Source of the DNA: Verrucomicrobiota bacterium | GTDB taxonomy: Bacteria; Verrucomicrobiota; Verrucomicrobiia; Limisphaerales; CANJXF01 | Assembly: GCA_038214755.1 (NCBI GenBank) | Contig: JBBQRQ010000108.1 | Span: forward strand, 1-17,146 | DNA length: 17,146 bases | Reading direction: 5' to 3' | Part shown: positions 16,473-17,146 of the stretch, piece after piece | How the letters are laid out: every line of letters begins with the position of its first letter | How positions within the stretch are numbered: the first letter of the stretch is position 1 | Program-made: the position numbers and the translations under genes | Notes under the pieces: generated by a model | Databases searched by the model: none | The model's input: only the letters and a program-made list of their open reading frames with translations | What the model was told of the DNA's origin: nothing

Positions 16473-16952
16473 TCAGACTGCGGGCTTCTGTTTTCCCCAC
16501 TCTGCCATCGCCTGGGCACATTCTTCCGGCGTGACATCTTTTGTGTGCGTCGCCACGCCCCAGAGGTGGCCGAACGGATCGAGGAATTTGGCGTAACGAT
16601 CGCCCCAGAACATATCCATCACCGGCATAACGACCTTGGCTCCGTTGGCTTGAGCTTTCTGGATGACAGCATCCACGTCGTCCACGTAGATCATCACGCT
16701 GGACGATGGCATTGGGCCGTCCATTCCTGGCGCGAAGGCGCCCATCTCCGGACTCTCGTCCCCGAGCATTAGCACGTGGTTGCGAATCTTGATTTCCGCA
16801 TGAGCGATCCTGGAGGTTTGCGGACAATTCATCCGCATCACTTCCGTCGCGCCGAATACTTCTTTGTAGAACTCGATGGCCTTGGCAGCATCACGCACGA
16901 TCTTGGAAGGAATCAATGCGTCGTGACCCTCGGGAATAGCTTTGGTGCTCAT
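16473..16952 (-). CDS. VOC family protein (PhnB-like glyoxalase/bleomycin-resistance), 159 aa
   Basis: AIPEG, AAKAIEFYKEVFGA, IAHAEIKI, YVDDVDA, DMFWGDRY, DPFGHLW motifs. Start at ATG 16952. Confidence 0.9.
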   Translation of the reverse strand: MSTKAIPEGHDALIPSKIVRDAAKAIEFYKEVFGATEVMRMNCPQTSRIAHAEIKIRNHVLMLGDESPEMGAFAPGMDGPMPSSSVMIYVDDVDAVIQKAQANGAKVVMPVMDMFWGDRYAKFLDPFGHLWGVATHTKDVTPEECAQAMAEWGKQKPAV

Positions 16953-17007
16953 GAAAGCGCTTCCGTCTGGCACCGTCAATTCCAATTTTTGCCATAATCC
17001 ACACCGG

Positions 17008-17146
17008 CACGGCCAATTCATGAAGATGATTGAAAGCTTGGCTGGCGGGCATGAAGGCAGCGGATGGCGTAGCGATGATGTTCGGCGTTCATGGCGGTGA
17101 AAAAGTCGGTGGTGGTTTTGTGCTGCGGTTTTTTCTGCCGGTTGCG
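17008..17146 (-). mobile_element. Probable right end of an IS (ISAs1-like): transposase C-terminus plus terminal inverted repeat
   Basis: An open minus frame runs from the window edge to TGA at 17018-17020 (RNRQKKPQHKTTTDFFTAMNAEHHRYAIRCLHARQPSFQSSS). The stop lies within cacggccaattcatgaaga (17008-17026), which resembles CAGGGC-type ISAs1 ends. The family call is from recollection only. Confidence 0.4.

Overview
Bacterial genomic window, most likely from a Verrucomicrobia/PVC organism (Pedosphaera/Limisphaerales-like; inferred from gene content and style). Coding content: a 1369-aa secreted multi-LamG/Ig protein with a C-terminal 'FYRL' module, three prepilin-type (pseudopilin-like) genes (two with H-X9-DG, one GspG-like), an ArnT/GT39-like membrane glycosyltransferase, a helical hypothetical protein, a Zn-ribbon Ser/Thr kinase, a small Lys-rich exported protein, a PQQ-type beta-propeller protein, an ECF sigma/anti-sigma/secreted-protein operon, a VOC (PhnB-like) protein, and probably the 3' end of an IS at the right edge. 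The intergenic DNA holds about eight different palindromic REP/REPIN/MITE-like elements. Best candidate for an undescribed system: a 36-codon leader ORF (9636-9746, minus) whose last codons carry an antiterminator that competes with an intrinsic terminator directly upstream of an uncharacterised 114-aa gene, which is the layout of a ribosome-dependent attenuator. Also notable: an in-frame 114-bp duplication of the ECF promoter plus N-terminus, and two copies of a hairpin element with identical arms but different central inserts.
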